The translations under genes were made by a program, and so were the position numbers. DNA of 64,000 bases from Kudoa neothunni (Eukaryota; Animalia; Cnidaria): contig OZ199839.1 of the NCBI GenBank assembly GCA_964304625.1, positions 11,314,847-11,378,846 on the forward strand, written 5' to 3'. Position 1 is the first letter of the stretch; every line of letters starts with the position of its first letter. The notes under the pieces are model-generated. The model was given only the letters and a program-made list of their open reading frames with translations. It was not told where the DNA came from and made no database searches. Shown one piece after another: positions 63,130 through 64,000 of the stretch.

Positions 63130-64000
63130 ATACTGTTATATTTAGTACATTTGTTATTTTGGAAACCATTATTGTAAAAGACCAAGGGGTGTAAGAGAGA
63201 CTAAAACTTTGTGAGGCGCCTGTCAGACTCATTTTAAGGTAGGAATCAGCTCCAATAGAAAAAAAATTGATGGAAAATTTTTACATTTAGCACGTAACCA
63301 CAGAAGAAGTCAGGTTTTCTTCGAATATACCGCCACAACGTAAATTAGACCGCAATAGTAAATCAATTTCGAAATTAACTTCTATGTTTGCCAATGAAAA
63401 AGTTATGCGGTCTAAAATAAAATAAGAAACGGGTGTTATAATTACACTCAATTCCATATATTATACAGAAAAAGCTCCTTACTAACGTAATAAATTCGAC
63501 TATTTTTATAAGATTTTAACTCTAAATCATAAGTGTGATCTTAGAACTCTTACTGAAGATGCGAATCGGCTTTGTGCAATAATATTTATAGAGAATGAGA
63601 TGAAGAAGGTTCTTCCCTTTTTATGGAACTACTTATGTTGATACAACCTAACAATTATTGGAATCACGATAAAAAACTCAATATTCATAATTTATTATAT
63701 AAACTTCCAATTTTATCAAATTTTATTCAGTGTTACCCAACACCTAACAGTTAACGATTTTTCCTGGAACGAACCGTATAAGTATAAGTAGAGCATGTAT
63801 TATTTACAAAAAAAGTTATTTTAAACTTGTATATTAATATATTAATTTCTGTTCTGCCGTCGATAAAGGAGAAGGTACTTTCTGTAATTACCAGCAAAGA
63901 TTTGAAGATCTTGAAAAACAATTCTCCAAATGCTAAACTACTTATATATAAATTTCACGTTTTGAACATTCTTGAGTGGTAGATATTGTTTTAAATATAT
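63130..64000 (+). pseudogene. Possible decayed MULE-type transposase
   Basis: Fragmentary coding-like sequence with many stops and weak similarity to the MULE motif order. Judged by eye only. Confidence 0.3.

Overview
A very AT-rich eukaryotic genomic window with short spliceosomal introns (mostly about 38-70 nt) and highly divergent animal-type genes. This is compatible with a reduced parasitic metazoan such as a myxozoan, but that assignment is inference only. Genes, in order: the 3' end of CD2BP2; a C12orf65/MTRFR-like mitochondrial rescue factor whose GGQ motif reads GGS; a class IA PI3K regulatory subunit (SH3-C1-SAM-C1-RhoGAP-SH2-iSH2-SH2) directly followed by a class IA p110 catalytic subunit; a four-exon 105-aa microgene missing from the ORF track; METTL14; two tandem pepsin-family proteases; a CUB/FN3-like type I membrane protein; an ML/NPC2-like secreted protein; and an RPUSD2-like pseudouridine synthase. 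Intergenic DNA is full of mobile elements: several piggyBac-like elements, two hAT elements, one near-intact DD34E Tc1/IS630 element, pogo/Tigger, Helitron, Merlin/ISXO2, MULE-like remnants and a tRNA-headed SINE-like element. The most notable system is the linked PI3K p85-p110 pair. Its inhibitory nSH2-helical interface appears degenerate on both partners (nSH2 FLVR to FIVK; p110 E542/E545/Q546 equivalents to S/N/I), while the regulatory subunit carries two C1 domains. All gene models were spliced by hand and all family alignments are from memory, so they need computational confirmation.
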